Virus record (IMG/VR): IMGVR_UViG_3300038797_000001
Coordinates: 1-41,318 of that record
From: a virus
Direction: 5' to 3' (one strand)
Length of the DNA: 41,318 bases
Shown here piece by piece: positions 1 to 7,437 of the stretch (position 1 is the stretch's first letter; every line of letters begins with the position of its first letter). The position numbers were made by a program, and so were the translations under genes. A model generated the notes under the pieces. The model had not been told where the DNA came from, did not search any database, and saw nothing but the letters and a program-made list of their open reading frames with translations.

Positions 1-127
1 AACCTTCCAAATCATGGGGTAAAAGCCTCATTGAGCACTTGACGGTTGCTGCGTTAGGTGCCTGCGGCGGTGTCCTCTACTCGGTCGCTCGGGACTTCCT
101 ACCGGGAGTGCTGGTATGACCGCTAAA
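1..127. repeat. Exact duplicate of window end (41192..41318); circular-assembly overlap. Bases 1..119 repeat the 3' end of CDS 40813..41310
   Basis: Base-by-base comparison shows 1..127 is identical to 41192..41318. The reading frame of 40813..41310 ends at TGA 117..119 in this copy. Confidence 0.9.
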
Positions 128-277
128 CAGCACATGGCGTTCATCGCCGAAGGCTGCACCTACCACTTGTGGCTGCGCTGGCGCAACTCTCCGGTCGCTG
201 AGACCCGTCAGATGGCCCTCAAGGCCAAGGCTCATGGGGTCGTCACTTGGGATCGCATTATGAGGGCTGGCGCATGA
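116..277 (+). CDS. Small early hypothetical protein (53 aa, MTAKQHMAFIAEGCTYHLWLRW...); not in the ORF track
   Basis: ATG 116 overlaps the upstream stop (ATGA, 116-119). Its own stop TGA 275-277 overlaps the ATG 274 of the next gene. The frame was hand-translated and is open. It is also seen starting at 41307. Confidence 0.5.
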   Translation: MTAKQHMAFIAEGCTYHLWLRWRNSPVAETRQMALKAKAHGVVTWDRIMRAGA

Positions 278-1002
278 GCACTGTACTGACCAAGGCCACC
301 ACCGGGATCGCCTCACAGGACAAGTACCATCCAGTCCTCAAGCGCGTCCATGAGAAGTTCGCCGCGTCCAACCTTGAGATCCTCAAAGAGATGGCCGCTT
401 ACGCTGAGGAAAACGGCGGGATCAGCGCGGACAAGTTCAAAGAGAACTCCGCATGGTCGGCCTTCCTGAATGACTGCGTGATTTGCCACGCGCCGGGTGT
501 CTACTCGGTCGCCTACCTGCATCCAGCCTACTGCAAGGACATCTTGCACGAGGTCGCCAAGTTCAAGCACACGCCGAACGAGGATGAGCCACCAGAGGCG
601 CAGATCCCTGAGGTGGTCTTCGGGAACGAGCACAAAGTCCTCTATGAGGTCTTCCGTTCCTTCTGGCACGACGCTGGGCTGGCCTATGCGAAGGTTCTCC
701 TGAATATGGAGCCTGACGTACTGGTCACCGTCCAAGCGGCCCTATACGCGCCCTCAGAGACTCCACGAGGCCACTGGCACACCGACCGGGATAGCGACGT
801 GACGCTGGTTGTGGCTCTCAATGATGACCACGAAGGCGGTGGCACGATGGTCGCTCAAGGTCCTTTCTTCCCCGACCTGATCGTTCCTCAGAACGAGACC
901 GGCTGGGCCATGTTGTTCAAAGGCAAGACGACCCTGCACTACGGGCTACCTGTAACTGAAGGCGAGCGTCATCTGCTCGTCCACTGGAGTGAAATTAAGT
1001 GA
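274..1002 (+). CDS. 2OG-Fe(II) oxygenase, prolyl-4-hydroxylase-like superfamily (early gene)
   Basis: Motifs GHWHTDRDSD (HxD), DHEGGGT and TLHYGLPVTEGERHLLVHW (distal His plus Arg) fit the P4H-type pattern. GAGGG at 262-266 lies 7 nt before ATG 274. The track start at 247 is a TTG and is less likely. Confidence 0.75.
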   Translation: MSTVLTKATTGIASQDKYHPVLKRVHEKFAASNLEILKEMAAYAEENGGISADKFKENSAWSAFLNDCVICHAPGVYSVAYLHPAYCKDILHEVAKFKHTPNEDEPPEAQIPEVVFGNEHKVLYEVFRSFWHDAGLAYAKVLLNMEPDVLVTVQAALYAPSETPRGHWHTDRDSDVTLVVALNDDHEGGGTMVAQGPFFPDLIVPQNETGWAMLFKGKTTLHYGLPVTEGERHLLVHWSEIK

Positions 1003-1274
1003 TGCACCACAACTTCAAGCCGGCCAAGTCCGGTCTCTTCGACGCCAAGATTGCTCGGGAGAAGCACCTCCGCTTAGCGGCGACCTACGAGCACAACGAG
1101 GCGGTCAAGCGCGACGTGATGACGGCCATGTACGGCGGTCGCAACATCAAGCACATGGTCTCCATTCAGTTGCTCGATGAGGGCAAGTATGTGTTCCGTG
1201 CGGCAGCTCAACACGCACAGCTTCGCTACAGCGACCGTGGGGACTTCACCCGCTGCTATCGCGGAGGCTTCTGA
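999..1274 (+). CDS. Early hypothetical protein (about 90 aa)
   Basis: GTG 999 or ATG 1002 overlaps the upstream stop TGA 1000-1002. GGAG at 986-989 is 9 nt from the GTG. No recognisable motif. Confidence 0.65.
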   Translation: MMHHNFKPAKSGLFDAKIAREKHLRLAATYEHNEAVKRDVMTAMYGGRNIKHMVSIQLLDEGKYVFRAAAQHAQLRYSDRGDFTRCYRGGF

Positions 1275-1831
1275 TGGGCTTTAGCACCAGCACCAAGTCA
1301 GTCAAGTTCCACGCCTCGATTCCTCAGCCGGAGTCCTACGGGCTTCTCAAGGTTTCCAAGGTTGAATTCGCACTGGGTCTCGGGCCATGCGGTCGCCATG
1401 TCACTGAGCTGCACCACAAGATCGAGGGAGACCTGCTGACGATCACTCAGTACAGCCGGTTACCTGATGAGCTTGAGCCTCCTGATAGCTCTGCCGCTGT
1501 CTCAGCACGGTACAAGCTCCATGCAGACGACGCGCTACTCAGAGATGCAAAGCGCTGGGAACTCAACCGGTCAATCTACTACGACGTGGCCCCTGAGCGG
1601 CGCATCAAGTATTTCCGCTGGGGCTTCTGGCCGGTCTTCGAGGAAGTCATTGAGTCACCCAAGACGGTCGTCATTGACGGTGCCTTGAGCTTCGATGAGC
1701 GGGCCGAGCTGGAGAAGGCAATCAGCGACCACGAGGCTGCTATGCGGGTCTTCTGGCGTGGCCTCGAAACCAAGAAGTTTGTCTACAAGATCGCCGATAT
1801 TCACGGTCGGATCGAGGTGGTTACCAGCTAA
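1274..1831 (+). CDS. Early hypothetical protein (185 aa)
   Basis: ATG 1274 shares one nt with the upstream TGA. GGAGG at 1263-1267 is followed by a 6-nt spacer. Confidence 0.75.
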   Translation: MGFSTSTKSVKFHASIPQPESYGLLKVSKVEFALGLGPCGRHVTELHHKIEGDLLTITQYSRLPDELEPPDSSAAVSARYKLHADDALLRDAKRWELNRSIYYDVAPERRIKYFRWGFWPVFEEVIESPKTVVIDGALSFDERAELEKAISDHEAAMRVFWRGLETKKFVYKIADIHGRIEVVTS

Positions 1832-1847
1832 GTTCTAATCACGGATT

Positions 1848-1870
1848 TAAAAGCCCTCACTGTGGCTAAC
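1848..1870 (+). promoter_or_regulatory. Phage-RNAP promoter, variant (TAAAAGCCCTCACTGTGGCTAAC), directly upstream of the RNAP gene
   Basis: Matches the 23-bp element repeated 10 times in the genome, with G instead of A at about -12. Predicted +1 is G1865, by alignment to the T7 CTCACTATAG core. Confidence 0.75.
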
Positions 1871-1876
1871 ACAGCA

Positions 1877-1931
1877 CTCAGAGGGCCGTCCCTTAAAGAT
1901 CCTTTAAAGACTCCTTAAAGATCCCTCTGAG
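1877..1931 (+). promoter_or_regulatory. Long hairpin (9-bp arms CTCAGAGGG / CCCTCTGAG) enclosing three CCTTAAAGA(T) repeats; candidate RNase III / regulatory site in the RNAP leader
   Basis: Arms at 1877-1885 and 1923-1931 are perfect complements. Repeats lie at 1891-1900, 1901-1910 (one extra T) and 1913-1922. Confidence 0.6.
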
Positions 1932-1982
1932 ATTGCTAATAGAAATTAACTATTAGATCACTATCTCTAAGAGATCTTTAAG

Positions 1983-4637
1983 ATGCTCGAAGCTGAACAG
2001 CGTCACGATTTTAGCGACATCAAGCACTCCGATGCCTTCGACACTCTCGCAGGTATCTACGGGCCGGAACTGGCAGCACAACAACTGCACCTCGAACATG
2101 AGGCGTACACGCTGGGCGAACAGAAGTTCAACGAGGCCCTTGAGCGCCAACAAGACCGAGGCGAGTTCTCCATGAACATGGTCGCCAAGCCACTGCTCGG
2201 GACTCTGGTTCCGAAGCTGGCCAAGGCCATCGAAGACTGGCGCACTCATCAAGTCGAGAAGGTTCGCCGAAAGCATGTGTCCCTCGGGATGTTCTTGCAG
2301 ATGGACGCTGAGGTCATGGCCTCCGTGACCATTCGGTGGACACTCAACCGCATTGCTCAACGATCCGGCGCACCGACCATCACGCAGATGGCTGTGAGCA
2401 TCGGAAAGGCCCTTGAGGAAGAAGCCCGCTATGGCCGCATCCGTGTAGCCGAGCAGGCATACTTCCAGAAGCACCTCAAGAAGGCCATCGCTCAGCGCAA
2501 CGGGAACACCTACAAGCTGGAGTACATGAACAAGATCGAGCAGCACATGCTTGAGACTGGTCAACTGACTTCCGCTTGGGAGGAATGGGAAGGTCAGGCG
2601 AATGATGCCCACTTCCACACAGGCGTTCGGATGCTCGAACTGCTCATCGAATCGACTCAACTGATCGAGGTGGTTCGAGAGCACAAGGGCAACAAGAAGC
2701 TGGACGGGGAGTACATCTACCTGAAGTCCGAGTGGGCCGAGAAGCTCCGCTCACGGGCCTACATCCTGTCCGGTGTGATGCCACGTCACCAGCCAATGGT
2801 CGTTCAACCGAAGCCATGGGTTGGGACACACGGTGGAGGCTACTGGGCCAAGGGTCGCAAGCCTGTCACGTTCATTCGGGTGCCCTCTAAGAAGGCCCTC
2901 AAGCGCTACCGCGACGTCGATATGCCGAACGTGTATCGCGCCGTGAACCTCGCACAGAACACCGCATGGGCGATCAACAAGAAAGTCCTCGCAGTGGCCA
3001 ACGCAGTGATGCAGTGGAAGAACGTTCCGATCAAGGAGTTCCCAACGGTCGAACAGGTTCCGCTGCCAATCAAACCGCACGACATCGACACCAACGAAGT
3101 GGCCCTCAAGGCTTGGAAGAAAGACGCTGCTGCTGTGTACCGAAAGGACTCTGCAAGGGTGTCCCGGAGACTCTCCTACGAGTTCTCGCTTGAGCAAGCC
3201 AACAAGTTCGCCGACTTCGATGCGATCTACTTTCCGTACAACCTCGACTGGCGTGGCCGGGTCTACGCGATTCCATCCTTCAACCCTCAGTCGAACGACA
3301 TGACCAAGGGTGTCTTGCAGGCAGCCAAAGGGGAACCTATCGGCGCTGAAGGGATTGAATGGCTGATGATCCACGGGGCCAACACAGCAGGGGTCGATAA
3401 GGTAACCTTTGATGAACGAAAACAATGGGTCATCGACAACGAGGAACTCATCCTTGCAGTCGCCCGTGATCCCCTCAATGTCACCGATTGGATGCAAATG
3501 GACTCACCGTTCTGCTTTCTCGCCTTCTGCTTTGAATGGGCTGGAGTCAAGGTGGCTGGTGTGGACTGGGTTAGCGCCCTACCCATTGCGTTCGACGGTA
3601 GCTGCTCAGGCATCCAGCATTTTTCCGCGATGCTGCGCGATGAACGAGGTGGGCGCGCTGTCAACCTCCTTCCAAGCGATGATGTCCAAGACATCTACAA
3701 GCTGGTATCCGACGAAGTTGAGACTGCCCTACTGCATCTTCGAGAAAACGGTACGGATGACTCAACGGAGATCTTTACCGACGAAGAGTCTGGAGAGATT
3801 CGTGAGAAACGGATACTCGGAACAAAAACCCTCGCTATGGCGTGGCTGACCTACGGGATGTCCCGAAAGGTCACAAAGCGCTCCGTGATGACCCTCGCCT
3901 ACGGATCGAAAGCCTTCGGGTTCGCCGATCAGGTTAGAGAGGACATCGTTAAGAAGGCCATCGAGAACGGTGAAGGCGATATGTTCACCGATCCCGGTCA
4001 GGCAAGCCGGTTCATGGCGGGCCTAATATGGGACTCCGTTAGCGTGGTCGTAGTGGCAGCGGTTGAGGCCATGAATTGGCTCCAGAAGGCGGCAAAGCTG
4101 CTGGCCTCTGAGGTCAAGGAAAAGAAAACCAAGGAGATCCTGAAGAAGGCCATGCCAGTCTACTGGTGTACGCCTGATGGGTTCCCTGTGTGGCAAGAGT
4201 ACACAATCAACGACACACGCCGGGTTGACCTCATGTTCCTCGGCGACATTCGGATCCAGTCCACGGTGACGGTTCGAATCAGCGACAAGATCGACGCCCG
4301 GAAACAAGAGTCGGGCATCTCGCCAAACTTCGTCCACTCGCAGGACGGCAGCCACATGCGCAAAACGATCGTCCACGGACACGATGCGTATCAGATCGAT
4401 TTCTTCGCGATCATCCACGACTCGTTCGGCACCATCCCGGCCAAGGCTGGAGCGATGTTCCGAGCGGTACGGGAGACGATGGTCGAGACCTATCAGAACA
4501 ACGATGTTCTCGCTGACTTCCGTGAGCAATTCATGGAGCAGCTCCACGAGTCACAGCTTGACAAGATGCCTGAGATCCCGAGCAAGGGAACCCTCGACAT
4601 CGCACAGATCCTCAACTCAAAATTCGCTTTCGCCTAA
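1983..4637 (+). CDS. gp1: T7-like single-subunit DNA-directed RNA polymerase
   Basis: 884 aa. Contains DGSCSGIQHFSAML and IHDSFGT motifs and the C-terminal ...KFAFA typical of T7 RNAP. Confidence 0.97.
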   Translation: MLEAEQRHDFSDIKHSDAFDTLAGIYGPELAAQQLHLEHEAYTLGEQKFNEALERQQDRGEFSMNMVAKPLLGTLVPKLAKAIEDWRTHQVEKVRRKHVSLGMFLQMDAEVMASVTIRWTLNRIAQRSGAPTITQMAVSIGKALEEEARYGRIRVAEQAYFQKHLKKAIAQRNGNTYKLEYMNKIEQHMLETGQLTSAWEEWEGQANDAHFHTGVRMLELLIESTQLIEVVREHKGNKKLDGEYIYLKSEWAEKLRSRAYILSGVMPRHQPMVVQPKPWVGTHGGGYWAKGRKPVTFIRVPSKKALKRYRDVDMPNVYRAVNLAQNTAWAINKKVLAVANAVMQWKNVPIKEFPTVEQVPLPIKPHDIDTNEVALKAWKKDAAAVYRKDSARVSRRLSYEFSLEQANKFADFDAIYFPYNLDWRGRVYAIPSFNPQSNDMTKGVLQAAKGEPIGAEGIEWLMIHGANTAGVDKVTFDERKQWVIDNEELILAVARDPLNVTDWMQMDSPFCFLAFCFEWAGVKVAGVDWVSALPIAFDGSCSGIQHFSAMLRDERGGRAVNLLPSDDVQDIYKLVSDEVETALLHLRENGTDDSTEIFTDEESGEIREKRILGTKTLAMAWLTYGMSRKVTKRSVMTLAYGSKAFGFADQVREDIVKKAIENGEGDMFTDPGQASRFMAGLIWDSVSVVVVAAVEAMNWLQKAAKLLASEVKEKKTKEILKKAMPVYWCTPDGFPVWQEYTINDTRRVDLMFLGDIRIQSTVTVRISDKIDARKQESGISPNFVHSQDGSHMRKTIVHGHDAYQIDFFAIIHDSFGTIPAKAGAMFRAVRETMVETYQNNDVLADFREQFMEQLHESQLDKMPEIPSKGTLDIAQILNSKFAFA

Positions 4638-4645
4638 GGATTCAC

Positions 4646-4834
4646 ATGCACTCACACCAGCTTAAACGCGAGATGATCCAGAACTCTGTAAAGGTAATCC
4701 GCATCGTGTCCTTTCAGGTCATCGATCAACCCGGCAAGGCCTGCATCGAGGTTCTCAAGGATCGATACACGGGCAAGACCGGTATCCAGATCGTGAACAT
4801 TACCGACCTCAAAGACTGCGTTATCTACGCCTAA
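4646..4834 (+). CDS. Hypothetical protein (62 aa) flanked by 19-bp direct repeats
   Basis: AAGGA RBS 5 nt before the ATG. Bracketed by identical CGCCTAAGGATTCACATGC at 4631-4649 and 4828-4846. Confidence 0.65.
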   Translation: MHSHQLKREMIQNSVKVIRIVSFQVIDQPGKACIEVLKDRYTGKTGIQIVNITDLKDCVIYA

Positions 4835-4842
4835 GGATTCAC

Positions 4843-5013
4843 ATGCGCAACTTCGAAAAGACCATTAGCCACACCCGCCACGACCCTGAGCAGCTCGAAG
4901 AGATCCGCTCCAAGAAGGGCAAGCGTAACCGTACCGTCCGTGGGATCCGCCCTGAGTGGCAGGCGCTGGACACCGATCAACTGGCTGGCCGTCGTGGCTG
5001 GGCAACCGTTTAA
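4843..5013 (+). CDS. gp1.1: gp1.1-like small basic protein (56 aa, MRNFEKTISHTRHD...); not in the ORF track
   Basis: The N-terminus MRNFEK matches my recollection of T7 gp1.1. Basic composition, the same AAGGATTCACATG initiation region as the previous ORF, and an open hand-translated frame. Confidence 0.7.
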   Translation: MRNFEKTISHTRHDPEQLEEIRSKKGKRNRTVRGIRPEWQALDTDQLAGRRGWATV

Positions 5014-5031
5014 ATCCTCAAGGAGACCCTA

Positions 5032-5427
5032 ATGCAAGTCACTATCAAGTCCACCAGTTCCATCGTCGATGATCTGGTTCTGATCGAAACCGCAACGACC
5101 ATCGGCGAGATGACCACCATCAGCCGGGCGGGTTATCCGGTCGATGAGGTGATGGACAATCGCTTTCTGGCGGGCTCCCTTGAGGATCGCGTAGAGGCTC
5201 TCCGTGGCAGCGCCGAGCGCATGACCGAGACGAGCGTCCGGTTGCACTTTCAGGCCCTCGTGAAGATCGCCGAGAAGGCCCCGCAGGTTGAGGACGTCTC
5301 AGCGGTTCCGTCGAGTCAACTCCAAGGCGTCCAAGCGGATGCCCTGATCGTCGATGAGGTCGCGGACAAGCCAGCGGCCAAGAAGCCTCGCGCCAAACGC
5401 ACCACCAAACCTACCGAATCCAAGTAA
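5032..5427 (+). CDS. Hypothetical protein (131 aa) with Lys/Pro-rich basic C-terminal tail
   Basis: AAGGAG lies 6 nt before the ATG. C-terminus is KPAAKKPRAKRTTKPTESK. Occupies the T7 gene 1.2 position, but no similarity was recognised. Confidence 0.75.
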   Translation: MQVTIKSTSSIVDDLVLIETATTIGEMTTISRAGYPVDEVMDNRFLAGSLEDRVEALRGSAERMTETSVRLHFQALVKIAEKAPQVEDVSAVPSSQLQGVQADALIVDEVADKPAAKKPRAKRTTKPTESK

Positions 5428-5442
5428 GGGAACACCGCCACC

Positions 5443-6567
5443 ATGTCCAAAGTCGAATCCGTCATCCTGAAAACCAATCCACACCGCCCGGTCAACTTCA
5501 ACGAGAAGGCCGTAGCCGAGGTGATCGAATCCTGCTACGCCATCGCTGACGTCAAGAAGGACGGAGTGCGGTTGAACCTGTGCGTCGAACTCATCGAGAC
5601 CAAGCACGACCACGGCTGGGGCGTCGAATGGCTGAGCCGTGAAGGCAAGCGCTTCCCGAACTTCACGACCTTCGGGCAACCTCTGGATGCCGATGAGCGC
5701 TGGGAGAAGTTCTTCAAGGAGAACCATGGCGAGGGTCTCTTCCCTACCGGGTTCATGTTGGACGCTGAGCTGATCCTGCTGGATCCACTGGGCACTGAGG
5801 TTCCCTGCAAGGCGACCTCCGGTTCCCTCCGCCGTCAGGCCCATGCGCTGCCAATGAGCCGCCTCCGGGTCTACGTGTTCGACATCGTGCCTCTGGAAGT
5901 CATCAAGACGGATGCTGAGTACGACGTCTTTACGAGCGTCCGAAAGGGCCACGTTGAGTACCAAGTTGCCAAGCTGAAGGAATACTTCCCGGAGATCGAC
6001 TGGCGCGTGGCGGAAACCTACGAGGTCTACTCGATGGAGACCCTGCCAGTCGTTGAGCGTGAAGGCTTCGATGAGGAAGGCAACGAGATCACCGTGAAGC
6101 TCCCGCCTCCGCTGTCGCTGGTGCAACTCTACGAAGCTGTGCGTGAGCGTGGCGAAGAGGGTCTGGTCGTTAAGGATCCTTTGGGTTCCTATCGCCGCTC
6201 GAAGGTCAACGGCTGGTGGAAGATGACCCCGGATGACAACGAGGACGGCAAGGTGGTTGGTCTGGTGTGGGGCACTCCCGGCAAGGCCAATGAGGGCAAG
6301 GTGATCGGCTTCGAGGTTCAACTCGAATCGGGACACATCGTCAACGCTTGCAAGATCTCTCAGAAGCTCATGGATGAGTTCACCAAGGCCGTGGAGGAAG
6401 GCGCGCCGAACTGCCAGTGCTGTGACGATGACTATCTCGCGATGGGCGGTTGCTACGCTGGCCACACGGTTCGAGTGACGTTCATGGAGCGCTACCCTGA
6501 CGGGTCTCTGCGCCACCCATCGTTCGACTGCTTCCGTGGCATCTCCAACCCACTGATCAAGGAGTAA
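5443..6567 (+). CDS. gp1.3: ATP-dependent DNA ligase
   Basis: Adenylation motif DVKKDGVR (KxDG). Similar to T7 ligase throughout (EGLVVKDP, WWKMTP, GKVIGFEV, PDGSLRHPSF). Confidence 0.95.
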   Translation: MSKVESVILKTNPHRPVNFNEKAVAEVIESCYAIADVKKDGVRLNLCVELIETKHDHGWGVEWLSREGKRFPNFTTFGQPLDADERWEKFFKENHGEGLFPTGFMLDAELILLDPLGTEVPCKATSGSLRRQAHALPMSRLRVYVFDIVPLEVIKTDAEYDVFTSVRKGHVEYQVAKLKEYFPEIDWRVAETYEVYSMETLPVVEREGFDEEGNEITVKLPPPLSLVQLYEAVRERGEEGLVVKDPLGSYRRSKVNGWWKMTPDDNEDGKVVGLVWGTPGKANEGKVIGFEVQLESGHIVNACKISQKLMDEFTKAVEEGAPNCQCCDDDYLAMGGCYAGHTVRVTFMERYPDGSLRHPSFDCFRGISNPLIKE

Positions 6568-6571
6568 CTCA

Positions 6572-7039
6572 ATGACCACCATTCTGATCGTCGGCACCAT
6601 CCTCATCGCGCTTCTCTCACTGGCCCTGTGGCACTGCTACAAGACCAACAAGCCTCTCCGTGAGGAAGCCCGGAAGAAGGCTGAAGAGAAGGCCAAGCAG
6701 GAAGCTCGGGAGATGGCTCGCGTTAACGACATGCTGCGCCGGGATCTTCAGCGCGAAGAGATCTACTCGGACATCGAGCAGGCTCTCACGGATCCTCATC
6801 GGTTCCTGACGGCATCGTTCACCTCGCCTCGACACAAGTGGAAGTATGGCAGCCTCGCCGAGTTGGCCAATATCCTGTCGGAATACAAGAACCACCGCCA
6901 AGAGTTCGGAAGCACCGCTGAGCGCCTCGACAAGCAGTCTCAACTGATTCGCGAGCAGCGCTCTCAGATCAAGGCCCTTCAGGCCAACATTGAGGACATC
7001 AAGCAGGCCCTGCAAATGGGCACGCCTGTAGAACTCTAA
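6572..7039 (+). CDS. Membrane-anchored coiled-coil protein (155 aa), last early gene
   Basis: N-terminal TM helix (TTILIVGTILIALLSLALW) followed by a charged heptad-like region. AAGGAG RBS. Confidence 0.75.
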   Translation: MTTILIVGTILIALLSLALWHCYKTNKPLREEARKKAEEKAKQEAREMARVNDMLRRDLQREEIYSDIEQALTDPHRFLTASFTSPRHKWKYGSLAELANILSEYKNHRQEFGSTAERLDKQSQLIREQRSQIKALQANIEDIKQALQMGTPVEL

Positions 7040-7052
7040 GCGACACCCAATG

Positions 7053-7085
7053 AGCCTCATCGACTTCGGTCGGTGGGGCTTTTTC
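7053..7085 (+). terminator. Strong intrinsic terminator (early terminator, TE-equivalent)
   Basis: 12-bp stem AGCCTCATCGAC / GTCGGTGGGGCT (2 G-U pairs) with a TTCG tetraloop, followed by TTTTT. Confidence 0.85.
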
Positions 7086-7113
7086 ATGCCTGCAACGATA
7101 GGAGAATTCTATT

Positions 7114-7197
7114 ATGGGAGACGTATTCATAGCTTTAGTAATGACCTTCAACTGCTGCTATATGGCTGGCCTCTGGTACTTCGGGCGTCCCGTTTAA
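7114..7197 (+). CDS. Possible micro-ORF, 27-aa hydrophobic peptide (MGDVFIALVMTFNCCYMAGLWYFGRPV)
   Basis: GGAG at 7101-7104 lies 9 nt upstream of the ATG. The AT-rich patch sits between the terminator and a promoter. The stop TAA 7195-7197 forms the first bases of the promoter 23-mer. Confidence 0.35.
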   Translation: MGDVFIALVMTFNCCYMAGLWYFGRPV

Positions 7198-7217
7198 AAA
7201 CCCTCACTGTGGCTACT
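7195..7217 (+). promoter_or_regulatory. Phage-RNAP promoter (TAAAAACCCTCACTGTGGCTACT)
   Basis: Full match to the repeated 23-mer. This is the first promoter after the early terminator. Confidence 0.85.
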
Positions 7218-7245
7218 ACCAATCAATCGCACAGGAGACACAACG

Positions 7246-7437
7246 ATGCCTAAAGACCGTTCGTTTGCTCATCGCATCCGTCAAAGCAACATCGACCGCC
7301 AGCGCAACCAAGCGTACTTCGCTACCCGCCCGGCAGTCTCTGCACCAACCCCACCAGAGCCGAAAGCTGGCGCGTGGGAGATCCTGAAGACCTTCGTTAA
7401 GGGCCTGTGGGTCTCCTTCAAGGGGTTGTTCCAATGA
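7246..7437 (+). CDS. Hypothetical protein (63 aa)
   Basis: AGGAG lies 8 nt before the ATG. First gene after the promoter at 7195. Confidence 0.7.
   Translation: MPKDRSFAHRIRQSNIDRQRNQAYFATRPAVSAPTPPEPKAGAWEILKTFVKGLWVSFKGLFQ

Noticed and set aside
77-316. 79-aa minus-strand ORF at the window start
   Set aside because: It is antisense to the coupled + strand ORFs 116..277 and 274..1002 and spans the assembly overlap. No RBS.
5299-6606. 435-aa minus-strand ORF, and similar long minus-strand ORFs at 1953..2684, 7281..8063, 14574..15695, 18145..19515, 19981..21003, 21065..22114, 28459..29346 and 35769..36773
   Set aside because: Each lies entirely antisense to a + strand gene with clear T7 homology. 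They lack SD sequences and have low-complexity Arg/Leu/Val-rich translations typical of GC-rich shadow frames. T7-like genomes are transcribed from one strand only.
7050-7253. 67-aa track ORF spanning the early terminator and the promoter at 7195
   Set aside because: It runs through a strong terminator hairpin and a promoter and has no RBS. The region is better explained by regulatory elements.
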